DNA from: a virus
Length of the DNA stretch: 44,795 bases
Virus record (IMG/VR): IMGVR_UViG_2911509878_000001
Coordinates: 1 to 44,795 of that record
Direction: 5' to 3' (one strand)
Every line of letters begins with the position of its first letter. Positions within the stretch are counted from its first letter, which is position 1. Below are positions 31,915-41,060 of this stretch, piece by piece. The notes beneath the pieces are model-generated. The model ran no database searches. It was given only the letters and a program-made list of their open reading frames with translations, and had not been told where the DNA came from. A program made the translations under genes and the position numbers.

Positions 31915-32458
31915 TCACATCTCTGGCTTGACGATTTAGGCGCAACGCTGTTCGGCGGTTAACTAGGCTGGCCCCATCGACTAAGCCGGTAGTAAAGTCA
32001 AACAGCCCCGACAGGATAGAATTTCGTCCCGCGCGGCGGAAGTTTTGCGCGGTAACGACTTCACCTTCAGCTTGATTTTCCAAACTTACAGCTTCTCTAT
32101 CCGCGTCTGCACGAATACGAAGGGCGTCCCGCCGAGCCAGTACCTGCGCTGCCCGATTGCGCCGCACGAAACTGGTGGAACTTACCGAAAAACCTGATCG
32201 AGCGTTTCGAGCAATAACATCAGACATGATGGCAGCAGCCTCCATATCCCGTTCTTGCTGATTAGCCTGTCCAGCCTGTCGGGTGTCCTCGGCGTTTTGA
32301 CGAAGCAGTTCCGCGTTGCGCATGGCGATAGAGGAGCGGAAACGGTTCGCGCGGGTTTCGGCTACAGCGCCTACCGCTGCACCCCCAAGGCCGAGGATAG
32401 ACCCGAGGCTTAAACCCCCTTTGGTTATCGCCGCACCAATCGGCGCTACAAAAGACAT
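31898..32458 (-). CDS. Internal virion protein (T7 gp14 size class, 186 aa)
   Basis: Gly-rich hydrophobic N-terminus FVAPIGAAITKGGLSLGSILGLGGAAVGAV. Position in the core-protein block. Confidence 0.5.
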   Translation of the reverse strand: MSFVAPIGAAITKGGLSLGSILGLGGAAVGAVAETRANRFRSSIAMRNAELLRQNAEDTRQAGQANQQERDMEAAAIMSDVIARNARSGFSVSSTSFVRRNRAAQVLARRDALRIRADADREAVSLENQAEGEVVTAQNFRRAGRNSILSGLFDFTTGLVDGASLVNRRTALRLNRQARDVSAGNV

Positions 32459-32763
32459 TATTCTTTCCTTTCATACAGGCGACCTTGACTCGTCACTAAA
32501 TCCTGACGAACCAAACCAAACGCCTCAGCAAATGTTTCCGCGATTTCATTTTCTTCGACATAGGCGTAAACGTATTCACCGTTGTAAAGCTCTTTAAATT
32601 TCCGCCGCATTTGACGAATGGCGCAAAAGTCGATCTTACCTAACACCAAAAAAGCGAGGTAATATTCTTCCTCGAATAAATCCGTTTGCACTATGCAACA
32701 ATGACAAACGGCTTTGCCCTCTTTATTGTAGAATAGGATTTCAAAGTCCGCCCAATCAGTCAA
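32458..32763 (-). CDS. Hypothetical virion-module protein (101 aa)
   Basis: Coupled between the tubular B gene and the core genes. Confidence 0.55.
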   Translation of the reverse strand: MTDWADFEILFYNKEGKAVCHCCIVQTDLFEEEYYLAFLVLGKIDFCAIRQMRRKFKELYNGEYVYAYVEENEIAETFAEAFGLVRQDLVTSQGRLYERKE

Positions 32764-35638
32764 GAGAAATCTCCGAATTTACAGTAAACCCGAGGACAGT
32801 GCTGCGGAACGGCTTGGACTTTCGCAACACCAGACCATCATCTTCGCGCCAATCGGCTCCGATGTGTATTTCATTGATAGTCGTTTCGACAAACTCGGTT
32901 AGGAAATAATCAAGATACGGGGAGTCTTCAATCGTGTAAAAGTCCCCGGCTGAAAGTGTTCCAGCGGTTAGTTCCTTCGAGTCAATCGTTCTAACGCTTA
33001 TGTCCGAGGCGCGTTTTTTCTTATCCTGAATATCTTGCCCGGCCATGCGAAACGGAAGCGTTACCAAATCGGCCTGATAAGGGAACCCAACGAACGCGCG
33101 GGAGGTGTTAGTGGTTATGACTTTTGCATCAGTTGTTGCGCCGCTGCTGAAAGTGAGTTCATTAATTTCTCCAACCGCCTCAACGGTTTCACCAATAAAT
33201 TGAAAGCCACCACGAATAGTATTGCTGGCTTCATCAATGTTCCAGGAACTATATTTATACGGAGCAGTGTCCTGGAATTTATTTGGTTGGACAGGCAGAA
33301 GAATTGTAACCGTGCAGAAGGTTCCGCCCGCGTCGATGGATTTAATAACGGCTAAGCCTTTATCGACTCGAATATAATCTCCAACGGAATAGGCGGAAAA
33401 GAAATTAGTCGCGTTTTCCATGGTGACTGTTACGTCATCGCCCTCAAGCGCGGAAAGAATTATGGTAGTTGTTTGCGGGGCAGTTAGGCGAGGTTCTTTG
33501 TAGCAATCGACTGCGAAGAGCCTCTCCCCAATCGTGGGAATATTTAAGTCAAGGCGTTCCAAATAACGCCGGGTGGTAGAATTAATTTCCCGCTCCACGA
33601 TGAAATAAACCCGATCATATCCGTTTTCCCGAATAACTGAAACGTCGAGGAACTTTCCTTTGGTCGAATGATCAGTCCAAGCGTATACATTTTGATTTGG
33701 AATGTAGGTCATAGACAGCGCTGTGCCATCCTCTCGCACCGCCCAAACCTGCTTTTCGGGTCGATTGGCATAGGCCCATCGAATGATTTTATTTTCCTGA
33801 CGAAAGAAATGCGATGAAAGCAAGGACCGATCTACCACCTCATATGAATTACGAAGGTTGGTAGGTTGAATGGAATTGACGCCGGAAGAGCCGGAAATGA
33901 CATAAAGGATGTGGTCTTCTACTTTTATCGGCCTAATCTCCTCCGCGCCATCATCGGTGATAGGATCGGAACGCAAGGAGTCCGTTGAAATAATCTGATC
34001 GTCTGTCCCGCGAATGTGAAACACCTGTTGATCAGTGAAGGCGAGCAAGCCTAAACTCACTGGCGTTAAATTGTGGATTGGAGTAAGCTCCGGGGAGTCG
34101 AGGGATAAATCAATCGCATCAGCGGTTACACTGATGGGAGTAAAATCGAAACTATCAGGCTCACCAATCCGAGAAAGAAACAGGGACATGGGGAGGTTTT
34201 CCGTCCCCGCGTAAGCCTGACGTTGTTGAATGCGCGTGCTACATGCGGGATTGTTGCCGGTTGCCGGGCTGGTTACAATTGTTGCAGTGGCGCCTGTGCC
34301 AGAACCGGAGTCGGTAATCGTGACAACGGAACTATCGGAATATCCTTCACCAGGGTTTAAAATCCGAATGCCGTTAACCTCTCCAGCTCCGTCAATAATA
34401 ACCGCGCCTTCAAAGCCCGTTCCGTCAGCAATAGAAACCGTTGTAGTGGTTTTGCCGTAGCTTGATCCAGCGGCAGTTATGTTGATTGATAGAACGGCTC
34501 CGTCCGCGAAGGGGTTGTCAGGAACAAGCGGTGTCCGAGTAAAGTCCGGCACCACATTATGATCAACAAACTGGGTTGAAATACTTTCACCCAAATAGCC
34601 AAGTTGCATCCCAAGCGTAGCTTCGTGTCCTTTCGGGATTAAAATACTGCGATAAATATTATACCGAACCGCCCCCGCAACGGCGTCCCACATAACTTTT
34701 AGTGAGCCTGCATTATTGGTTATGTCAATGATTGTTTCAGAGATACCAATGCCCTTTACATAACTTTCTATCCCATCCGCGTTTATCGCGGTGACAGCAT
34801 AAAGAACGCCTGAGTCTTGTGAAGCGTTATCGGGGTTGTAAACGGCTCCGCCGTTAGTGCTTGTGGAGGTGGAAATGGCGGGCGCGCTCGGTGCCGCGCG
34901 ATTCCCCTGAAAATCTATTCCTGTGATTTGCCAATTGTCATCGGAAAAGCGTGTAAGTTTTCTCGGGCTGTAATTATTAGAAGTTATTCTAACCTCATCA
35001 CGAAACTGATTGATAGACAAGGATGAAAGGTCTGCCTCAGTATAAGGAGAGGCGAGTTCATAAACAAGATCAAGACGGTTGATTAAATTAACCGACGCGC
35101 CTGTATGGTTCAAGTTGAGGTAATTCGGAGTCGGATCGCCCGCAACTTTCAAAAAGATATTATTAATATCATCAACCTCAACCTCCCAAAGATAATCTTC
35201 CAGATAAAAAATCTCCGTAGATGTATCAAAGAGTCGGCAATAAACTTTCTGTCCATTCGTTAAGTTGTGCCCCACGACAGTAAAGCGCGTTTTAGTCGCG
35301 TATATGCCTTGGTTATCATAATCATCCACCTGCTTGCTGGTGCTGGTAATGAAACGTCCATCCTGCACGAAGTTTATTTTCTGATCGCTGAATACGATTA
35401 AATAAGTATTACCGGTCTGCTTATTGAATTGAAACGGAAATAGGCGAGAAACTTCTGTGTTGCTGAGCGGAAGGATAAATTCAAGCGGCGGACGAACTGA
35501 GGCGCCACCGCGATAATCAATTGTCCAATTGACTCCGTAGCGTAGGCCAAGTTCAAACTTTTCAATATCGGACCGCTGTAAGTACGCCGGGGATAAAACC
35601 CCGGCAGAAAAGGCGAAGGTTACAAAACTTTCGGTCAT
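32756..35638 (-). CDS. Tail tubular protein B / nozzle (T7 gp12-like), 960 aa
   Basis: Size and position after the tubular A-like gene. N-terminus FAFSAGVLSP...SDIEKFELGL is typical of gp12-like proteins as I recall them. Confidence 0.6.
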   Translation of the reverse strand: MTESFVTFAFSAGVLSPAYLQRSDIEKFELGLRYGVNWTIDYRGGASVRPPLEFILPLSNTEVSRLFPFQFNKQTGNTYLIVFSDQKINFVQDGRFITSTSKQVDDYDNQGIYATKTRFTVVGHNLTNGQKVYCRLFDTSTEIFYLEDYLWEVEVDDINNIFLKVAGDPTPNYLNLNHTGASVNLINRLDLVYELASPYTEADLSSLSINQFRDEVRITSNNYSPRKLTRFSDDNWQITGIDFQGNRAAPSAPAISTSTSTNGGAVYNPDNASQDSGVLYAVTAINADGIESYVKGIGISETIIDITNNAGSLKVMWDAVAGAVRYNIYRSILIPKGHEATLGMQLGYLGESISTQFVDHNVVPDFTRTPLVPDNPFADGAVLSINITAAGSSYGKTTTTVSIADGTGFEGAVIIDGAGEVNGIRILNPGEGYSDSSVVTITDSGSGTGATATIVTSPATGNNPACSTRIQQRQAYAGTENLPMSLFLSRIGEPDSFDFTPISVTADAIDLSLDSPELTPIHNLTPVSLGLLAFTDQQVFHIRGTDDQIISTDSLRSDPITDDGAEEIRPIKVEDHILYVISGSSGVNSIQPTNLRNSYEVVDRSLLSSHFFRQENKIIRWAYANRPEKQVWAVREDGTALSMTYIPNQNVYAWTDHSTKGKFLDVSVIRENGYDRVYFIVEREINSTTRRYLERLDLNIPTIGERLFAVDCYKEPRLTAPQTTTIILSALEGDDVTVTMENATNFFSAYSVGDYIRVDKGLAVIKSIDAGGTFCTVTILLPVQPNKFQDTAPYKYSSWNIDEASNTIRGGFQFIGETVEAVGEINELTFSSGATTDAKVITTNTSRAFVGFPYQADLVTLPFRMAGQDIQDKKKRASDISVRTIDSKELTAGTLSAGDFYTIEDSPYLDYFLTEFVETTINEIHIGADWREDDGLVLRKSKPFRSTVLGFTVNSEISLD

Positions 35639-36318
35639 GGATTAGTTACCGCTGCGGAAAAGAATGAGCCGTAAGGATAAATAAAGCGATGTGACGTTGT
35701 GTCACCGCCGTAGCCCCGCGCGATAAATTCTGGGGGAATATGTTCAACTGGAATGTGATCATCGTCAACGGCTGTTTGCGCTTTTTGAAGAAACTCATTT
35801 GCCAAGTTGATATTCTTTTGAATAAGCTCGCCTCGTCCGGTAATCGGTCCAGCAATGTGGCCAGCAAGGCCATAAACAGTGGCTTGAACTAAATCAGGTT
35901 CCCATACAGTTAAATCATCCTGACTCATCGTGTAAACCAAAACGGCGTCATCCGTGTTGGTGTTCAAGCGAATTGATTGAGTAAATTGATCAAACGTTAA
36001 GGTGAAACGGTCGTAATTTGTGAGATACCGCGCGCGGAGGTAGTTGTAGGGGAGTTCGTAAGAATACTTAAATTGAGGATCGGGATCGCCTTCCTGCCAG
36101 TCGTTTTGAAAATTTCTAGTTTTCTTATCTGTAAGCTTGGTTATGGTTTTGTTTGAAGGCCAAAAAGACGCTTCTTGCGTAACCTTGAAAACCATCTCAT
36201 ACCAACGATCACACTCGAAACGTTCACGCTTATTGTCAGTAAGCGCGGTCAATCGGCCCCTGGCGTGCACTGCACTAAGGGCGAGGTTATACACATCAAG
36301 GGCCGATGACACGATCAT
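35635..36318 (-). CDS. Tail tubular protein A / adaptor (T7 gp11-like), 227 aa
   Basis: Size and position, ATGA-coupled to the tubular B gene. Confidence 0.55.
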   Translation of the reverse strand: MIVSSALDVYNLALSAVHARGRLTALTDNKRERFECDRWYEMVFKVTQEASFWPSNKTITKLTDKKTRNFQNDWQEGDPDPQFKYSYELPYNYLRARYLTNYDRFTLTFDQFTQSIRLNTNTDDAVLVYTMSQDDLTVWEPDLVQATVYGLAGHIAGPITGRGELIQKNINLANEFLQKAQTAVDDDHIPVEHIPPEFIARGYGGDTTSHRFIYPYGSFFSAAVTNP

Positions 36319-36545
36319 TTTTTGCTACCCGTCTTAGCGTCTGGAGCTGTCTTATCGCTCAACTCCTTCAAGGTTGCAGGTTCAACTTCTTCCTCCTTTT
36401 TAGGTTCCTCGCCTACTTGAGACGGAACCTCCTTTGCGGATTTGGGGATTGGCAGTTCTTTAGGCCAATCCGCTTTTTCATAAACCCCCGGACGCATGTG
36501 AGTTCCGTTTGGGAGCACTAGGCTGGTGATAAGTTTAATAGCCAT
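36315..36545 (-). CDS. Hypothetical Lys/Glu/Pro-rich protein (76 aa)
   Basis: Coupled ORF between the capsid and tail genes. Confidence 0.5.
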   Translation of the reverse strand: MAIKLITSLVLPNGTHMRPGVYEKADWPKELPIPKSAKEVPSQVGEEPKKEEEVEPATLKELSDKTAPDAKTGSKK

Positions 36546-36546
36546 T

Positions 36547-36993
36547 TTAGTTCACCGCATCTGGATAGGAGTCGTTGTTCTGAACGTCCCAAACAAGGAA
36601 AGCACTGATGGCACCTGCGGTAGTCGCAGCGCCGGCAGTAACAACCTGAAGACCCAGGTAACGTTCATAATTTCGACCTTGTGGTAGGGCTATGGTAAGA
36701 ACCGTTCCGACCGGTAGTTCGCTTTCATCGAACGTATCGGAGACGTAATGGACTGTCTGCGTGCCGTTGGTTGCAATAGCGGCGACGGAGTCCGAGGCCA
36801 ACTGGAAAGTGACATCGGAAGAAGTGCCGGAGGTGAAGGCTGTTGTTACTTGAATTACCAAGTAAATAGGCTGCCCTCGCCCTGGGTTTACCGCGTTTGC
36901 AGTAAGGTCAATTACATCACCTACCAAAGCAGTGCCGGTTGCTGCTGAAACGTCAAGCGCATCAGCAAATTTAAGGTTTTTATCAAGGATCAT
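36547..36993 (-). CDS. Putative capsid decoration/cement protein (BPP-1 Bbp16-like, tentative)
   Basis: 148 aa, directly downstream of the major capsid gene, with a beta-rich Thr/Val/Ala composition. Confidence 0.4.
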   Translation of the reverse strand: MILDKNLKFADALDVSAATGTALVGDVIDLTANAVNPGRGQPIYLVIQVTTAFTSGTSSDVTFQLASDSVAAIATNGTQTVHYVSDTFDESELPVGTVLTIALPQGRNYERYLGLQVVTAGAATTAGAISAFLVWDVQNNDSYPDAVN

Positions 36994-37004
36994 TTTCTTA
37001 CTCC

Positions 37005-38006
37005 TTAAGTAATCCGCGCTTCGTCAACGGCGAGCTTATCGACGCGACGAATGGGGATTTCATCTTGGAACATCGGGGAGCGCACGCCGCCGACATCTTT
37101 CACCATCAAGGTCGATTGCTTAGTTGCGTTCGACAATTGCTGGCGATAGAAGGTACGAACATCACGGCTCATGTAGAAGGCCGCACGACCCATTCCGAGG
37201 GACGGAATAAGTTCCGTGGCTTCAAACATAAGGTCGGGAAGGTTTGCGCCGGACGATGCATCTGCGGTCAGATTGGACTTGTCAATATTCGCAATGCGAA
37301 CTACATAACGCCAATCCTTCAGCGTAAGCCCCGCATCCATACGGAAGTGGGTACGATAGGCTTCCATCCGCCCGCCGTTTCCGTCCGCATCTTCAACCGT
37401 GACCTGGCCTTTATCGTTGACCTGTAGACCCGCTTGAGAGCCTTTCGGAACGATGCCATGACAGGTTTCATTTGACCAAACGACTAGCCAAATGGAACGG
37501 TTGTCGGAGCCTGTGCCTCCGGCGTCAATGATGTTATCACCATTGGCAGCGCTTTTGCTGTTGTAACGAGGAGCCAGACCCATAAAGCGTTGTGGGGTGG
37601 TATCCGTGTTGCCGTAGATAGCAGTCTCTTGAAGTTCCTGCGTCATACCTTCGATATGCGCGCGGGCTTCGCTGAGGCGGAACTCGTTTGTGTTTCCGTT
37701 AAGGTCGGCCAGGGCTTTATCGACTTCCGCGTAAGCTTCCAACATACCACACGAGTCAGTGACTTGTTCACGTGTGGATTTGGTAGGCTGAACGCCGCCG
37801 TAAAGTTTCCGCCACGTAGGCGCGGGGAGACCAGTACGAATTGTGGTTCGGTGTCCGGTGGGGAGATTTCCTTCAATGAACGTCATGTCTGCGAGCATTT
37901 CATTCGTTTGATTGAGAATTTCCACAACCGCTGCAATCGAACCGTCAGGATCAAGCGCCTTCGCGTGATCCATTAGAGTCGGGTTGTTTGAGGCAAGAAC
38001 TGCCAT
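37005..38006 (-). CDS. Major capsid protein (HK97 fold, BPP-1/epsilon15-like family)
   Basis: 333 aa. LDPDGSIAAVVEILNQTNEMLADMTFIEGNLPTGHRTTIRTGLPAPTWRKLYGGV is a signature I recognise from this capsid family. It follows the scaffold gene. Confidence 0.8.
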   Translation of the reverse strand: MAVLASNNPTLMDHAKALDPDGSIAAVVEILNQTNEMLADMTFIEGNLPTGHRTTIRTGLPAPTWRKLYGGVQPTKSTREQVTDSCGMLEAYAEVDKALADLNGNTNEFRLSEARAHIEGMTQELQETAIYGNTDTTPQRFMGLAPRYNSKSAANGDNIIDAGGTGSDNRSIWLVVWSNETCHGIVPKGSQAGLQVNDKGQVTVEDADGNGGRMEAYRTHFRMDAGLTLKDWRYVVRIANIDKSNLTADASSGANLPDLMFEATELIPSLGMGRAAFYMSRDVRTFYRQQLSNATKQSTLMVKDVGGVRSPMFQDEIPIRRVDKLAVDEARIT

Positions 38007-38759
38007 TTACTTTCCTCCGAAGAGTTTGTCTGCGAGGCTAAGTTCACCCGCAGTTTTGGGATTACCCAAGACCGGTTTTGCTTCCTGTGGCAAAGCATCA
38101 TATACTTTATTCAGGAAACTGATCATGGAACTATGGTTGCTGGCTCCGGTTAGTTTAAGCAAGTTCAAAAATTCTTCCCCGCCAAACTCCTTTGCCAACG
38201 TTTTTGCTTTGGATAGACTCTCTTGCAACTTTTCCCCACCAAACTCAGGGTTGTTGCGCGCGTCGTCTTTCCACTGCTTTTGTAGGGCATTCCATTCGTC
38301 GACTTGTTTCTGTTCCAGAGCGTCAACATTAGTGTTGTAAAGACCCAACAACTTCTGGGCCAGGTCTTGACGATTTTCCGCGCCTTCAACCAGGTCCAAA
38401 AATTCATTAAACTGTTCTTCGTTTTCGATTTTATAGCCTTCGGGAATGGCGGCTTTGACGGCTTCACGATCGAGTGTTTCCGCAGGCGTAGTGTCGCCTT
38501 TGGATGAGTCATCGTCATCATCATCAAGAAGGCTTCCGGTGTCATCATCCCCTGACTTAACCGTATCGTCAAGAAGACTACCTTCGGTGGTGTCCTCGCC
38601 AGAAGTAGTATCCGCAGGCGTGGTGTCCTCGCCACTTACTACAGTGTCATCCCCGCTCGCTACGGTATCATCGCCTTGCGTTCCGGTGCCGGTTTCCTTG
38701 TCAGGCTTGAATACCAAACCCGCGAAAAAGGGGTTAGGCTTCATCATCGTCAGAAACAT
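38007..38759 (-). CDS. Scaffolding protein (acidic, repetitive N-terminal half)
   Basis: Position between the portal region and the capsid gene. GDDTVASGDDTVVSGEDTT...DDDDDD tract and a helical C-terminal half. Confidence 0.65.
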   Translation of the reverse strand: MFLTMMKPNPFFAGLVFKPDKETGTGTQGDDTVASGDDTVVSGEDTTPADTTSGEDTTEGSLLDDTVKSGDDDTGSLLDDDDDDSSKGDTTPAETLDREAVKAAIPEGYKIENEEQFNEFLDLVEGAENRQDLAQKLLGLYNTNVDALEQKQVDEWNALQKQWKDDARNNPEFGGEKLQESLSKAKTLAKEFGGEEFLNLLKLTGASNHSSMISFLNKVYDALPQEAKPVLGNPKTAGELSLADKLFGGK

Positions 38760-39081
38760 TTTCCATTTCCTTTGCTAGTGCAGTTTTTAACGCCTGATCC
38801 CTCTCAACATTCTCTTTCAACATGTTAATGTAAGAGTTGGGATCGACATCCTCGATAAGACCGATAATATCCTGACCCACGCTTTGGCGCCCGGCTGCGA
38901 AAGCAGTGTTGAGGGCATTGCCGCTGTGCGGATTCATATACATGCCGGATAAGGAAAGAAGACGCCAAAACAACATTCGCCCGGCTACAGTAGATAACGC
39001 GGCTGTGAGGCCCTCTTTAACCAAGGTATCCTCAGCCGCTGTATGGCGCATCTCGATCTTTTTAATCTTCTTATCGGTCAT
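38734..39081 (-). CDS. Hypothetical head-module protein (115 aa)
   Basis: Intact ORF between the portal and the scaffold. Confidence 0.55.
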   Translation of the reverse strand: MTDKKIKKIEMRHTAAEDTLVKEGLTAALSTVAGRMLFWRLLSLSGMYMNPHSGNALNTAFAAGRQSVGQDIIGLIEDVDPNSYINMLKENVERDQALKTALAKEMENVSDDDEA

Positions 39082-39123
39082 GGGTCACTATACCAATTTT
39101 CTGCCCGAGTCGCAACCATTAAA

Positions 39124-40839
39124 TTAAGAGGCTCCGAGCAGCCGCGCCATCGCATTTTGCCCTCCACCGACATCAGTTTCGGAAAGATTCTTTGCGGCCT
39201 CGGTCAAATCCTTACCAACAAGCGCAGACTCACGTTCTTGTGTAAGTTGGGCGTTTTCGGAATTGATCGCATCCGCGTCCTCGCGAGAGCGGAAATGCGT
39301 AGCGGGGATGGATAGACGGTCGCCGTAATCCCGCAACACCTCGTTGATGTCAACGGTTGGGATGACTTCAGGCTGAAGCGCAGACACCTGCGCATACATT
39401 TCAAGGAACCGCTCGATTGTGGCGGTGCCAACCGCGCGCTGGGCGTCCGTGAGGATACTTACATATTCAATTTCAATGTCACCGTCCTGCATTGACTCAG
39501 GCGGCTCCGGCAACAAGCCTTTCCGTTTCATAATATTGTAGACGCGACGGATGATCGGATCGAGGGACTCATTTTCAAAACGCTCCAAAACGGAACCGAG
39601 GAGGACTAACTTTTCTTCCTTCCGTGCATCAATTTCTGTAGCTGATCGAACGGTGTCGAGGGAGGAAATCATGCGGAAAAGATCGTTGTGGAAGGCTTGT
39701 TGAATACGGATGCGTAAGTCTTGGTTATCGAGGGTCATTGCGTCCAAGGGTGGGTTTACGGTATAGACCGCTTTTGCGCCAAAGCTTGCGCCAGCCGGAG
39801 CGGTTGTGCGCCCACCGGGCAACAAGCTGGATTGCTTCGCCGCCATAAAACCTTCCATCACAACCGGCGGATTGACAATCTTGTCCATCGCCTGGCCTTT
39901 GCGCAAGATGGAATGTTGAAGTTGGATCACGTCAGGAAGAGCGTCCATTGCAGGGGAGGTTCCGTATACGTCGTTTCCAACCGGTTCCCAACGAGGCCAA
40001 GAACCCGGCTTTTCTTGATAACCGGCTTGTGCGAGGATATGTCCAGTGTTGTCGGAGGCGTCCCAATAAAATTCCCTGTACGCGAACTTAGACGGGAGGG
40101 AGACTTCTTCATTTTCCGTATTCGGCTCAATCAAATGCGAAACAACAATGAATTCCTCAAGGCGCTTACCGCCTTCTTTCAACTGCGGCTTATACTTTTT
40201 AGGAAGGTTTCCTTCTCCAAACTGTTGCGCGGCTTGGCGGATAGTCATTACAATCGTGCGACTGAACGTGTCAACCATCCGTCGATAATCCTGAGCAAAA
40301 CGAAATTCCCCAATTGGACTATTATAAAAACGAACTACATCATCGAAATCCTCATACGCAAGAACGGCGGCTGAGCCGAAAGCGCCTAGGTCAAGGAACT
40401 GAATTGCCATAGCACTGTAGAAGTTTGACTCGGCCAGCACAATATACATGCGGCGGGTTACTTCGTCGGTGTAGGCTTTTTGCTCCAGGTCTTGATTGTT
40501 GAACTCAACACCGCCAGGACGCAGGCGAAGCCACGGACGGGAAGGGGAGGTAATGCCGTTAAGCATCCCCGCCGCCATATCGCGGAGGGCCTTCGTTCCG
40601 GTCGGATCAAGAATGTATTCATTCTTTTGCTTGGAGGCGCGGTTAGCGTTTTGTTGACTCCGCGTGTCGGAGGAGGAAGAAGACTGTAAAGGCGACTTTT
40701 CAGAAACCCAAACGTAGCGACGAGGAAGCAGGTATTTAGCCAGCTCCTGAAAATGGGGTCGCCACTGCATGAACTCCATTTCCATCGCTGCGGCTTTGCC
40801 CTGCAAGCGTTTCAGCGCCTTTACAGAAATCTCAGGCAT
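39124..40839 (-). CDS. Portal protein
   Basis: 571 aa, downstream of the terminase and a small coupled ORF, upstream of the scaffold and capsid genes. Confidence 0.75.
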   Translation of the reverse strand: MPEISVKALKRLQGKAAAMEMEFMQWRPHFQELAKYLLPRRYVWVSEKSPLQSSSSSDTRSQQNANRASKQKNEYILDPTGTKALRDMAAGMLNGITSPSRPWLRLRPGGVEFNNQDLEQKAYTDEVTRRMYIVLAESNFYSAMAIQFLDLGAFGSAAVLAYEDFDDVVRFYNSPIGEFRFAQDYRRMVDTFSRTIVMTIRQAAQQFGEGNLPKKYKPQLKEGGKRLEEFIVVSHLIEPNTENEEVSLPSKFAYREFYWDASDNTGHILAQAGYQEKPGSWPRWEPVGNDVYGTSPAMDALPDVIQLQHSILRKGQAMDKIVNPPVVMEGFMAAKQSSLLPGGRTTAPAGASFGAKAVYTVNPPLDAMTLDNQDLRIRIQQAFHNDLFRMISSLDTVRSATEIDARKEEKLVLLGSVLERFENESLDPIIRRVYNIMKRKGLLPEPPESMQDGDIEIEYVSILTDAQRAVGTATIERFLEMYAQVSALQPEVIPTVDINEVLRDYGDRLSIPATHFRSREDADAINSENAQLTQERESALVGKDLTEAAKNLSETDVGGGQNAMARLLGAS

Positions 40840-41060
40840 TAGGAAGCTCCACCTGATTGTTGTCGAAGTGGGGCAATGGCGCCGCCTCGTCGCGTAAGTG
40901 CGGGGTTACGGAAAAGCCCGAGGTTACTAGTGAACACACCAGCGAGGGAAAAATTCCGCGTATTTTGATTAAGCTCCGCGCCGCCGGATTGCGCCAAGAT
41001 TGGCGGAGACGCGCCTTGCTTTGGTCGGGGAGTGGAAACATTAGGTGAACGACTGGTCAT
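40839..41060 (-). CDS. Small Gly/Pro/Ser-rich protein (73 aa)
   Basis: Strong SD AAAGGAG 8 nt upstream of ATG 41060. TAATG coupling to the portal start. Confidence 0.5.
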   Translation of the reverse strand: MTSRSPNVSTPRPKQGASPPILAQSGGAELNQNTRNFSLAGVFTSNLGLFRNPALTRRGGAIAPLRQQSGGAS

